From a virus (Duplodnaviria; Caudoviricetes), in IMG/VR virus record IMGVR_UViG_3300042988_000558, positions 1-38,925 of that record: DNA of 38,925 bases. One strand, given 5' to 3'. Made by a program: the position numbers and the translations under genes. This document shows positions 25,566 through 34,005 of this stretch, one piece after another. Within the stretch, counting starts at the first letter, position 1. Each line of letters starts with the position of its first letter. The notes beneath the pieces are model-generated. The model was given only the letters and a program-made list of their open reading frames with translations, had not been told where the DNA came from and did not search any database.

Positions 25566-26158
25566 GCCGCCACCTCCACCCGCACGAACCCGCCGATGCG
25601 GCTTCGGTCGACCTCGAAGGCCAGCCGCCACCGGCTGTCGTCGACCCCCAGCACGTCGGCCAGGCCGTCCAGGCCGGCCTTCATGGCCGCGAGCATGTTG
25701 TCCGCGTCCCGGTGCCGCTTGTCCGGCGGCACGAATACAAGGCCCACGGCGAGCCAATCTGCCGTCAGGCTACCAACCCCCTGGGACCGGGCCTGAAACG
25801 CACAGGCGGCCCGGAATACGCGCTTGGCGCGGGCAAGCTGCGACCAGTGGCTGTGCCGCGTATTCGGTGACAGCGCCGTCGGCGGCCAGGGGAGGATGCA
25901 GGAAGCCGCGGCCGGAAAATTGCCGACAACGCCGACAGAAAGCCGACGCTCTGTCGGCGCGTAAACGCTAGCACTGGCGCGGTCTATCTCCTCATTGACT
26001 ACACCCCCCCCCCCTCTCTCTCCCTTTCTATATTCTTTGGCAGAGTCAGGGGGACACACTGACCCCGTCGGCGTTGTCGGCGTTGGTGAGATAACCCGCA
26101 TGGTTGCTAGCTTTTCTGCGCCGACACCAGTGTCGGCAGTTGTCGGCGGTTTAGTCAT
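25559..26158 (-). CDS. rusA: RusA-like Holliday junction resolvase with long N-terminal extension
   Basis: LPWPPTALSPN...FVPPDKRHRDADNMLAAMKAGLDGLADVLGVDDS; start position uncertain. Confidence 0.85.
   Translation of the reverse strand: MTKPPTTADTGVGAEKLATMRVISPTPTTPTGSVCPPDSAKEYRKGERGGGGVVNEEIDRASASVYAPTERRLSVGVVGNFPAAASCILPWPPTALSPNTRHSHWSQLARAKRVFRAACAFQARSQGVGSLTADWLAVGLVFVPPDKRHRDADNMLAAMKAGLDGLADVLGVDDSRWRLAFEVDRSRIGGFVRVEVAAC
25921..26148. repeat. Iteron-like GCCGAC repeat cluster, putative replication origin
   Basis: Nine GCCGAC/GTCGGC units, two GCTAGC sites and a central pyrimidine/AT-rich tract with C11, just downstream of the primase gene. Confidence 0.65.
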
Positions 26159-28388
26159 TCGATCCTTCCGGGGAATTGAGGCCGTCGGCGTCGGCGATTT
26201 CGGCCACGGCCACCCAGGCGACCCGCTTCTTGCCCTTGCCGGCGCTGGTCGGCGGGAACTCCACGCGCTGGATCTCGCCCACGAAGGCCAGGCTGTTGAG
26301 CACCTCCACCTGCTGGCGCTGCGGCATGGCCGAGAACTTACGGCTGCTCTTGTCCAGGTCGCGCTCGGTCATGCCCCGGCTGCCGGCCCGGACGATCAGC
26401 GCCAGCGCCTGCTTCTTGGTCAGCTCGAACGGCGAGTCGGCCACGGTCGTCTCCAGCCGCCGCGCGGTGCGCAGCGCGTGGTGGCGCACGTAATTGATCG
26501 CCCAGGCCGCGTGCGGCCCGTCGATCGTGGCGGCGCCGCACCCCAGCGCGACCACCAGCGCCAAGCGCATGGCGGTCTCGTTGCTGCGGCCGAACATATC
26601 GGCCAGGCCCTTCACCTCGTAATCGTTCATCAGCCCAACGCACTCATGGTCGAACTGGCGGAACAGGTCCACAGCCGACCGCGAGAACGGCACCTCCACG
26701 GCCTCCGGCGACAGCGACGGGTTGCCGTCCGCGGCCACCAGGCCGCCGGCGCTGGCCGCGCGAATCGCCACGGTCCAATCCTTCACCGCCTGGGGGATGG
26801 GCAGCGTCTCGCTGTGGTTGCCAGCCTGCCGGCCGACCTCGCTCTCGACGATCAGGAAGCGGTTCAGGAACCCGTCGCGCGCCGCGGCCGAGCCGATGGC
26901 CTCGAAGAACGTGTCCGGCGTCGTCATGGCCAGCAGCGTCAGCGCCGGGTTGCGCACCGCGCGCTCCTTGAACGCCGACACGTCCTTGGCCGACATGCCG
27001 AATGTGCTGTAGCCCTGAGGGCGCAGCACGCCGTCGGCGCGGCCCCAGACCTCCATGAGCGCCGTCAGCATCGCCCGGTCGCGGGCGTTGTTCTTCACGC
27101 TGGCGTTGTCCAGCGCCTTGCCGAACTCGTCGATGATCGTGATGTGCGTCGGCTGGTCGTGCAAAGCAGACAGGACGCCGGCGCTGCTGGTGTACCCGGC
27201 CGGGCCAATCAGGTGCGGCAGCTCGCAGCCTTCGAGAAGCCGCTCGACGGCCCACTTGCCATGCTCCTTGCCACTGGCGCTCTTGCCGATGTTCAGCAGG
27301 TACAGGCTGGGCCAGTTCCGGTGCGTCGACACGAACCGCCGGCCGAGCACCGCGCAGCAGAAGGCGATGGCCGACTGCACGTCAAACAGCGGCTGCGGCT
27401 TGCGCGACGTGGCCCCTATCCACTCGGCCACAGTGCCGAGCATGCCCGGCGGCGACAGCAGGTCGGCCGGCTCGAAGATCACCGGCGCCGGCGCGGCCAC
27501 CGTGACCAGGTGCACCGGCACCGCCGGCGGTGGTGCCTCTGCGGCTGCCATCGGGTTGACCCATCCAGCCTGCTGCGCGGCGAAGAAGATGCTCTCGATC
27601 CGCGCCGCGCCGGGTTTGAAGCTGCGCCACTTCGAGATCTGCCGCGGGTCGTACTTCGTGGAAGTCTTGCTCCATTCGTCCCACAGCATGAATCCGGCCT
27701 GGCCCAGCTCCGACAGCGCATTGCCGAACAGCACCCACTGGTGATAGTCGTCGGCCGGCAGCGTGGCCAGCGCGCTGCGCAGTTCCTCCACCTGCTTCGG
27801 GTCCACGTAGCGCGTGGCCACGATCACCGGCGCCGCCGGCGCCGCGGCGCGTGACAGGTCGCGAATCCACCCCGGCAGAGTGCTGGGCACCACGCCGTGC
27901 AGCGGGTCGCTGCTGGCCTCCCAGACGTATTGCTTTCCGCTCGGGTGGATGCTCGGCTCGACGACGATGAACCCGTCGGCCTTCACGTCGACGCCAGGCC
28001 CCAGCTTGCCGGGCAGGTTCTCGACCAGGCCGGACACGAAGACCCGGTGCTCGCCACCGCCGCCGGTGTAGGCCAGCACGTCCGACACCATGGCGCCGTG
28101 CTGTTCCTCCAGCCGCTCGATCGTCTCAAGCCCGCCGTTGCGAGGGTCGATGTCGATCGTCACCAGGCCGGATGCCTTCTGCGCCACGCCGATGCCGGCC
28201 GACGGGTAGGCTGTCCACCAGCGCCGGATGATCGCCTCGTCAATGGTGGCCTCGTGGTGCCCGCGCGGCACCAGGCGCCCCAGCGGCTTCTTCGTGCCCG
28301 GCTCGATCGGCAGCACATGCCAGCCGAGTCGCGCATACGCGAGCGCGTAGGAAAGCGTCGTGCTCAGGCTGGGCACCGGATCTGCCAT
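26151..28388 (-). CDS. Bifunctional primase-polymerase (Prim-Pol, PriCT-2, DUF3987-like helicase/ATPase)
   Basis: ALAYARLGWHVLPI...LVTIDIDPRNGG...TGGGGEH...VVEPSIHPSG; DDYHQWVLFGNAL PriCT-2; GKSASGKEH and IIDEFG ATPase motifs. Confidence 0.92.
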   Translation of the reverse strand: MADPVPSLSTTLSYALAYARLGWHVLPIEPGTKKPLGRLVPRGHHEATIDEAIIRRWWTAYPSAGIGVAQKASGLVTIDIDPRNGGLETIERLEEQHGAMVSDVLAYTGGGGEHRVFVSGLVENLPGKLGPGVDVKADGFIVVEPSIHPSGKQYVWEASSDPLHGVVPSTLPGWIRDLSRAAAPAAPVIVATRYVDPKQVEELRSALATLPADDYHQWVLFGNALSELGQAGFMLWDEWSKTSTKYDPRQISKWRSFKPGAARIESIFFAAQQAGWVNPMAAAEAPPPAVPVHLVTVAAPAPVIFEPADLLSPPGMLGTVAEWIGATSRKPQPLFDVQSAIAFCCAVLGRRFVSTHRNWPSLYLLNIGKSASGKEHGKWAVERLLEGCELPHLIGPAGYTSSAGVLSALHDQPTHITIIDEFGKALDNASVKNNARDRAMLTALMEVWGRADGVLRPQGYSTFGMSAKDVSAFKERAVRNPALTLLAMTTPDTFFEAIGSAAARDGFLNRFLIVESEVGRQAGNHSETLPIPQAVKDWTVAIRAASAGGLVAADGNPSLSPEAVEVPFSRSAVDLFRQFDHECVGLMNDYEVKGLADMFGRSNETAMRLALVVALGCGAATIDGPHAAWAINYVRHHALRTARRLETTVADSPFELTKKQALALIVRAGSRGMTERDLDKSSRKFSAMPQRQQVEVLNSLAFVGEIQRVEFPPTSAGKGKKRVAWVAVAEIADADGLNSPEGSND

Positions 28389-28648
28389 CACCTGGTCGCC
28401 CTCTTTGCGGGCCTGGGCATCCACGCCGGCTTCACCTGATCCTGCGGCGTCCTCGGCATGTACATCGTGCCGCTGCCCCAGCCGCCGTGCGCATTCAGCG
28501 GCCGGCCCAGCTTCGGTTTCTCGCCCGTGTTGATGGTGTGCAGCCGCGGCTCGAACCTTGGCGGCCAGCGGTGCTTGTGGATCAGCTCGGTGAAGAATCC
28601 GGCCGGGTAGGCCGGCGCGGGTGTCGCTGGTGCCTTGCGCCTGGTCAT
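28388..28648 (-). CDS. Hypothetical protein
   Basis: 86 aa with coupled start/stop overlaps on both sides. Confidence 0.55.
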   Translation of the reverse strand: MTRRKAPATPAPAYPAGFFTELIHKHRWPPRFEPRLHTINTGEKPKLGRPLNAHGGWGSGTMYMPRTPQDQVKPAWMPRPAKRATR

Positions 28649-28857
28649 TCCCTGGCCGTCCCCGTGATTCCCATGCGCGCGAACCGCATCGCGGCTACCT
28701 TCACGGCATGCCCTTCGCCCAGCAGCGCCCGATGCAGCAGGTCCGCCGCGACGACGGACTTGTCAGAACTGCCCACCTGCGCCAGCAGCTCCAGCACCGC
28801 GTCGGCCTCGTCGCAGATCCTGACATGCACGGAGTGCTCGCGCTTGGGGGCCACCAC
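28645..28857 (-). CDS. Small putative DNA-binding protein (RHH/CII-like)
   Basis: HSVHVRICDEADAVLELLAQV...KSVVAADLLHRALLG strand-helix-helix pattern, in the cII position. Confidence 0.5.
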   Translation of the reverse strand: MVAPKREHSVHVRICDEADAVLELLAQVGSSDKSVVAADLLHRALLGEGHAVKVAAMRFARMGITGTARE

Positions 28858-28872
28858 GTCAGCCGGCCCATG

Positions 28873-28909
28873 AAAAAAAGGCCCCGGCCGGTATCACCGA
28901 GCCTGGGCC
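28873..28909 (-). terminator. Rho-independent terminator (tR1-like)
   Basis: GC-rich hairpin 28880-28909 followed by T7 on the minus strand. Confidence 0.8.
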
Positions 28910-28916
28910 ACAACTC

Positions 28917-28981
28917 GCTCGCGCCGCGCACCAGGAGGGGAGAGAAGGCGCGGCGCCGGATAGGCCGGCACCAGTGCGAGC
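28917..28981 (-). ncRNA. Candidate structured RNA element (three-way junction with CU-rich loop)
   Basis: Outer stem GCTCGC/GCGAGC encloses hairpins GCCGG/CCGGC and GCCGCGC/GCGCGGC; loop CUUCUCUCCCCUCCUGGU. Confidence 0.4.
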
Positions 28982-28999
28982 AGGAGACGACTGCATGTG

Positions 29000-29335
29000 T
29001 CAGGCCGCTTCTTTCTGTTCGGCGGGAACGCGCCAGATGGCCGGGCCTCGCATGAGGTTGCAGGACCTGCATACCGGCTGCACGTTCAATGGCCGAAGGT
29101 AGCTGCGATGCTCGTAATCACGCGCCTGGCCTCCACAGTAGTGGCAGGTCTGCGTCTCGATTTTCGGGATCGCGCCCGACTTGATGGCGGCCTTCACGGC
29201 CTTGCCAGCCACCTCGCGAGCAGCGAGCACCGCCTTATCGCAGGGCCAGCAGCGCCAGGAGCGTATGTCTCTGCGGTGCGGCTGCCCGCACTCGATGCAG
29301 GTCTTGCGGTCGTGAAACGGGAGGCTGCGTGCCAT
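29000..29335 (-). CDS. Zinc-finger/HNH-like protein
   Basis: CIECG...CWPC...CHYCGG...YEHRSYLRPLNVQPVCRSCN; TGATG overlap with cro. Confidence 0.7.
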   Translation of the reverse strand: MARSLPFHDRKTCIECGQPHRRDIRSWRCWPCDKAVLAAREVAGKAVKAAIKSGAIPKIETQTCHYCGGQARDYEHRSYLRPLNVQPVCRSCNLMRGPAIWRVPAEQKEAA

Positions 29336-29550
29336 CACGCGGCCTCGCGCAGGATGGCCGCTGTGTTCGTCTCTTTCTTCAATGACTTCTGCAAGTCGCG
29401 CAGCGTGGAAAATCCAGGATTCGGGATGTGCCCGTTGACGAACTTGCTGATCCACGAATAGCTGACGTTCGACACGTCGGCGATGCGCTTCCACTCGCCC
29501 TTGCGATCCATCAGCAGGCTGCGCACTTCAGCATCAAGGTCTTCGCTCAT
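29335..29550 (-). CDS. cro: Cro-like HTH repressor
   Basis: 71 aa, WKRIADVSNVSYSWISKFVNGHIPNPGFSTL; divergent from the repressor. Confidence 0.8.
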   Translation of the reverse strand: MSEDLDAEVRSLLMDRKGEWKRIADVSNVSYSWISKFVNGHIPNPGFSTLRDLQKSLKKETNTAAILREAA

Positions 29551-29557
29551 GCAGCAC

Positions 29558-29600
29558 ACGATAGCAAACTCTTGCTATTTGAGCAAGCAGCACTTTGCTA
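29558..29600 (-). promoter_or_regulatory. Early promoter towards cro with two operators
   Basis: TTGCTC-N17-TATCGT on the minus strand; operators TAGCAAACTCTTGCTA (29562-29577) and AAGCAGCACTTTGCTA (29585-29600). Confidence 0.8.
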
Positions 29601-29623
29601 AGGCATCGTCCGACCATGAGGGC

Positions 29624-29935
29624 ATGCCGAAAATCCCCATCGTCGAGGTGTTCGCCGCCTGCCTTCGGCATCACATGACAGACCGCGGAGTCACCCAGGC
29701 CGAACTGGCCAAGCGTTCCGGCATCGGACAGACGACGATCAGCCTGTACCTGCGACCCAAGGCCCGAGGCGATACCGCATCTGGAAAAACCGGCTCGCCG
29801 ACGCTTTCAAACGTGGAAGCGCTGGCCGACGCCCTGGGCGTCGAGGTGTGGGAAATGCTGCGCGTGGTGACGCCGGCCGAGCGCGAGCTGCTGCGCGCCG
29901 TGGCCCGGATGTCGAAGAACACCGACCACCACTGA
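29624..29935 (+). CDS. cI: CI-like XRE HTH immunity repressor (no peptidase domain)
   Basis: 103 aa, RGVTQAELAKRSGIGQTTISLYL...SPTLSNVEALADALGV; flanked by operator pairs. Confidence 0.85.
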   Translation: MPKIPIVEVFAACLRHHMTDRGVTQAELAKRSGIGQTTISLYLRPKARGDTASGKTGSPTLSNVEALADALGVEVWEMLRVVTPAERELLRAVARMSKNTDHH

Positions 29936-29955
29936 CCGAAGATTTTTTGCTCGCG

Positions 29956-29998
29956 TAGCAAAAATCTGCTTGCGCATCTAGCAATCCTTTGCTATCGT
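29956..29998 (+). promoter_or_regulatory. Early promoter of the plus-strand operon with two operators
   Basis: TTGCGC(29970-29975)-N17-TATCGT(29993-29998); operators TAGCAAAAATCTGCTT (29956-29971) and TAGCAATCCTTTGCTA (29979-29994). Confidence 0.8.
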
Positions 29999-30050
29999 TC
30001 TCTCCACACCCCCAGAAAGCGCCATCCCGGCGCGGGGTCTGGAGACCAGG

Positions 30051-30331
30051 ATGCAACTCGGAACCTTCGTCGTCGTGCGCACCTACAGCGCAGGCGTTCA
30101 TTGCGGCACGCTGGCCGCGCAGGACGGCAAGAACGTCACCCTCAAGGGAGCGCGGCGCATCTGGCGCTGGTACGGCGCGAACACGCTGAACGAGCTGGCG
30201 CTGAACGGTGCGGACAAGAACGGCACCCGCATCAGCGAACCGGCGTCCGAGATCGACCTGACCGAGGCCATCGAGGTCATCGCTTGCACCAGCGAGGCGC
30301 GCGACAACCTGAGCCAGTCGAGGTGGGCGAA

Positions 30332-30335
<4 letters not shown>
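30051..30335 (+). CDS. DUF6948-like small beta-barrel protein
   Basis: VVVRTYSAGVHCGTL...GARRIWRWYGANTLNELALNG...EIDLTEAIEVIAC; family recalled from memory. Confidence 0.7.
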
Positions 30336-30532
<197 letters not shown>

Positions 30533-30538
30533 AGCGCG

Positions 30539-30733
30539 ATGAGCACACCCACCGACAGCCAGAGCCACTGGGAGCCCACGGCCCCGGCCGCGCTTGACGA
30601 CCTGCCGCTGCCCACCCCGGCGAACTGGCCGCCGCGCTTCATCCCCGTCGGCGAGGCGCGCGAGCTGACCGGCCGCGCCGCCATGGCCGCCTGGACCAAG
30701 GCTGTGCAGGCGCAGAAGGAGGACGCGCAATGA
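30539..30733 (+). CDS. Hypothetical protein
   Basis: 64 aa in the early operon, ATGA overlap with the next gene. Confidence 0.55.
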   Translation: MSTPTDSQSHWEPTAPAALDDLPLPTPANWPPRFIPVGEARELTGRAAMAAWTKAVQAQKEDAQ

Positions 30734-30921
30734 ATGCCCTGCCTGAGCACCGCCGCATCGTGGCCGGCCGCACGCACGGCCGCGCCTGGCGGCCTGAGGA
30801 CTGCGACCCGATGCAGTACTTCCCGGCGATCACCCGCGCCGAGCGCATTGCCGGCGTGGTGCTGGCCGTCGTGATCGGCATTGTCGGCGCGGCGCTGCTG
30901 GCGCACTGGTGGGCGTCATGA
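30730..30921 (+). CDS. Small membrane protein
   Basis: 63 aa with C-terminal TM segment; GGAGG RBS. Confidence 0.65.
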   Translation: MNALPEHRRIVAGRTHGRAWRPEDCDPMQYFPAITRAERIAGVVLAVVIGIVGAALLAHWWAS

Positions 30922-31157
30922 ACAAGCCGATGGACTTCGTTCCCGCCTGGTACGCCGAACTGAAAAGCGGCGGCCAGTGCTGCGGCGACTGCCTGCAAGG
31001 CGACCTGCCGTGCAAGTCGCCGCAAGCCTGCCGGCTGCCGGAGGACAAAGACGACAGCGAGTTCGGCGCACTGGAAGGCATGACCAGATCCGCCCCGGTG
31101 TGGATCGCAGCGTGGGTGGCCATCGTGGCCTTCATCGCGCTGATCGTCTTCTTCTGA
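30918..31157 (+). CDS. Small Cys-rich membrane protein
   Basis: 79 aa; CCGDCLQGDLPCKSPQAC plus C-terminal TM segment. Confidence 0.65.
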   Translation: MNKPMDFVPAWYAELKSGGQCCGDCLQGDLPCKSPQACRLPEDKDDSEFGALEGMTRSAPVWIAAWVAIVAFIALIVFF

Positions 31158-31209
31158 TCATCTGCCCGACCGCCGGCGCGGGCTGACACGCCGGCAAGGA
31201 GACCCCTTC

Positions 31210-31632
31210 ATGAGTGCCGTACTTTCGCCCATCGTTTCCATCAGCACCGCCGACGCGGCCGTCGCCGCGGTCAAAGCCTACATCGACGCCAAGCGCGACG
31301 AAGACGCCGCCAAGGCCCGGCGCATCGCAGCCGAGGACCGCATCCTGGCCCTGCTGCCGCCCAAGGAAGAAGGCAGCCAGACCGTCTGCGTCGGTGGCTA
31401 CAAGGTCACGCTGACCGGCAAGCTCACCTACAAGTGCGACGACCCGCGCGGCCTGGCCGCCGCGTGCGTCGGTGCCGGATGGGCCGACAGCATGGTGCCC
31501 GTCAAGACCGAGATCCGGCTCGACGAAACCGGCGCGAAGTGGCTGCGCCACAACGAGCCCGAGGCGTGGCACCTGGTCGCGCAGTACGTCGAGGTCAAGC
31601 CGGCCAAGACCGCCGTCAAGGTGGGCGTCTGA
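31210..31632 (+). CDS. Hypothetical protein of the recombination module
   Basis: 140 aa with AAGGAG RBS, upstream of the Sak4-like ATPase. Confidence 0.7.
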   Translation: MSAVLSPIVSISTADAAVAAVKAYIDAKRDEDAAKARRIAAEDRILALLPPKEEGSQTVCVGGYKVTLTGKLTYKCDDPRGLAAACVGAGWADSMVPVKTEIRLDETGAKWLRHNEPEAWHLVAQYVEVKPAKTAVKVGV

Positions 31633-31634
31633 TC

Positions 31635-32408
31635 ATGGCATTCAACCTCGCATCCCTGCAGAAGAACGCCGCGAAGCCGCCGCGGATCATCATTCACGGC
31701 GACCCAGGCGTCGGCAAGACCACCTTCGCCGCCTGCGCGCCCAGCCCCGTCATCCTGCAGACGGAAGATGGTCTTGGGAACCTGGACGTCACGGCGTTTC
31801 CGCTGGCCAAGAAGTTCGAGGACGTGCTCGACGCCATCGGCAGCCTCTACACCGAGCCGCACGAGTTCGGCACGCTGGTGGTCGACAGCCTGGACTGGCT
31901 GGAGCCGCTGGTCTGGGACAAGGTCTGCCGCGAGTCCAAGGTCGACAGCATCGAGAAGCTAGGCTACGGCAAAGGGTACGTCGAGGCCCTGACCTACTGG
32001 CGCCAGTTCTATGACGGCATCACCGCGCTGCGCGACAGCCGCGGAATGGTGGTGATCATGACGGCGCACAGCCAGATCATCCACGTTGAAGACCCCAGCT
32101 TGCCGGCCTATGACTCGCACGACCTGAAGCTGCACAAGCGCGCCGCCGCGCTGGCCGAAGAGTTCGCCGACGTGATCCTGTACGCCGCGGTGCAGACCAA
32201 CACCGTGACCGAGGACGCCGGCTTCAACAGCAAGCGCGTTCGCGCCACCACCACCGGCGCCCGCGTCATGCACACGGTGGGCCAGCCCGCCTTCCTGGCC
32301 AAGAACCGTTACTCGCTGCCCTCGCCGCTGCCGCTGGCCTGGGAAGCGTTCGCGGGCGCGATGTGGCCGGCGGCCACGCCGGAGCCCGTCGAGCTGAAAG
32401 CGGCATAG
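31635..32408 (+). CDS. Sak4-like AAA_24 ATPase (recombination)
   Basis: IIIHGDPGVGKTTFA Walker A, TLVVDSLDWLE Walker B, AKNRY arginine finger. Confidence 0.9.
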   Translation: MAFNLASLQKNAAKPPRIIIHGDPGVGKTTFAACAPSPVILQTEDGLGNLDVTAFPLAKKFEDVLDAIGSLYTEPHEFGTLVVDSLDWLEPLVWDKVCRESKVDSIEKLGYGKGYVEALTYWRQFYDGITALRDSRGMVVIMTAHSQIIHVEDPSLPAYDSHDLKLHKRAAALAEEFADVILYAAVQTNTVTEDAGFNSKRVRATTTGARVMHTVGQPAFLAKNRYSLPSPLPLAWEAFAGAMWPAATPEPVELKAA

Positions 32409-32437
32409 CACCCAACCTCCCACAAGGAACCTGAACC

Positions 32438-32926
32438 ATGGAACTGAACTTCAATGCATCCGGCGTCGACATCACCAACCGCTTCGAGGCCCTGCCTGCC
32501 GGCGACTACGTGGTCATGATCACCGAAAGCCAGGAACGCGCGACCAAGACCGGTGACGGCAGCTACCTCGAACTGACGCTGGAGATCCAGTCTGGCCCGA
32601 TGACCGGCCGCAAGGTCTGGGACCGCCTGAACCTGCACAACCAGTCGGCCAAGGCCGTCGAGATCGCACAGCGCCAGCTGGCGCAGATCTGCCACGCCGT
32701 CGGCGTCATGGCGCCGCGCAAGAGCGAGGAACTGCACTTCAAGCCGATGGTGGCCATGGTCAAGGCCAAGCCCGACGAGCGCAGCGGCGAGATGCGCAAC
32801 GAGGTCAAGGGCTACAAGGCCGCTGGCACCGCCGCGCCGGCCGTCCAGCAGGCAGCACCGTCCGCACCGCGCGCACCCGTGGCGGCAGCCAAGCCCGCGA
32901 TGCCCTGGGCGACGGCGAAGGCCTGA
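32438..32926 (+). CDS. DUF669-type phage single-stranded DNA-binding protein
   Basis: FEALPAGDYVVMITES...GRKVWDRLNL...RNEVKGY; Pro/Ala tail ending PW. Confidence 0.85.
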   Translation: MELNFNASGVDITNRFEALPAGDYVVMITESQERATKTGDGSYLELTLEIQSGPMTGRKVWDRLNLHNQSAKAVEIAQRQLAQICHAVGVMAPRKSEELHFKPMVAMVKAKPDERSGEMRNEVKGYKAAGTAAPAVQQAAPSAPRAPVAAAKPAMPWATAKA

Positions 32927-32928
32927 CG

Positions 32929-34005
32929 ATGGCCGACCTCGCCATCCGGGCCGACCTGAAGCTGGCGACGCTGACGCTGGCCGCTGTCGACGCGGCCACC
33001 GCCGCGGCGGCGGAAGACGGCCTGCGCCCGCACCTGGGCGCCAGCCTCATCGGCCGCGCGTGCGACCGCGCGCTCTGGTACGGCTGGCGCTGGGCCAGCG
33101 CGGCCGCGCACGAGCCGCGCGTGCTGCGCCTGTTCAAGCGCGGCCAGGACGAAGAGCAGCGTTTCGGCGACCTGCTGCGCGCGGCAGGCATCACCGTGCA
33201 CCTGGTCAACCCGGCCACCGGCCGGCAGTTCAGCTTTGCCGGCGTCGGCGGCCACTTCGGCGGCAGCATGGACGGCGCTTGCGTCGGCGTGCACGACGCG
33301 CCGAAGACCTGGCATTGCCTGGAGTTCAAGACCGCCAGCGCCAAGATGTTCAACGACCTGGCCGCCAAGGGCGTGCAGGCCAGCAAGCCCGAGCACTGGG
33401 CGCAGATGCAGTGTTACATGGCATGGGCCGGGCTGGAGCGCGCCCTGTACTGCGCCGTCTGCAAGGACGACGACCGGCTGCACCTGGAGCGCGTCGACTT
33501 CGACCGCGAGTCAGCCGACGCGCTGTTCGCCCGCGCCGAGCGGATCATCACCGCACCCACGCCGCCCGACGGCATCAGCACCGACCCGGCGTGGTACGAA
33601 TGCCGGTGGTGCGATCACCGCGAGCTGTGCCACGGCCAGGCCGCGCCGCTGCCGACGTGCCGCAGCTGCAGCCACGCCACGGCAGAAATGGACGGGGCAG
33701 GAACCTGGACCTGCGCGCGGCACAGCGGCAAGACCCTGAGCACGGCCGACCAGAAGGCCGGCTGCCAGGCGCACCGCTACATCCCGATCCTGCTGAAGAA
33801 CATCGCCGAGCCGGTCGACGCCAGCGACAAGGACAACTGGGTCAAGTACCGGCTGAAGGAGGACGGCGCCGAGTTCGTCAACGGCACGCCGCCGGCCGGG
33901 TTCGAGAGCACGGAGATCCACGCATCGCAGCACAAGACGATGCTGGCCGACCCGCAGGTCAAGGAGATCCGCAAGGCGTGGCAGAGGGCGAGGGTGACGG
34001 CGTGA
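32929..34005 (+). CDS. Cas4-like PD-(D/E)XK exonuclease
   Basis: RPHLGASLIGRACDRALWY, GSMDG, LEFKT, AQMQCYM, and CRWC...C cysteine cluster. Confidence 0.85.
   Translation: MADLAIRADLKLATLTLAAVDAATAAAAEDGLRPHLGASLIGRACDRALWYGWRWASAAAHEPRVLRLFKRGQDEEQRFGDLLRAAGITVHLVNPATGRQFSFAGVGGHFGGSMDGACVGVHDAPKTWHCLEFKTASAKMFNDLAAKGVQASKPEHWAQMQCYMAWAGLERALYCAVCKDDDRLHLERVDFDRESADALFARAERIITAPTPPDGISTDPAWYECRWCDHRELCHGQAAPLPTCRSCSHATAEMDGAGTWTCARHSGKTLSTADQKAGCQAHRYIPILLKNIAEPVDASDKDNWVKYRLKEDGAEFVNGTPPAGFESTEIHASQHKTMLADPQVKEIRKAWQRARVTA

Noticed and set aside
3448-27854. Long antisense ORFs such as 3448-5028, 11041-12915 and 25995-27854
   Set aside because: They lie opposite well-supported genes, lack motifs, and are expected shadow frames in high-GC DNA
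32929-34005. CRISPR-associated Cas4
   Set aside because: No cas1/cas2 or array; context with Sak4, SSB and helicase indicates a phage recombination nuclease
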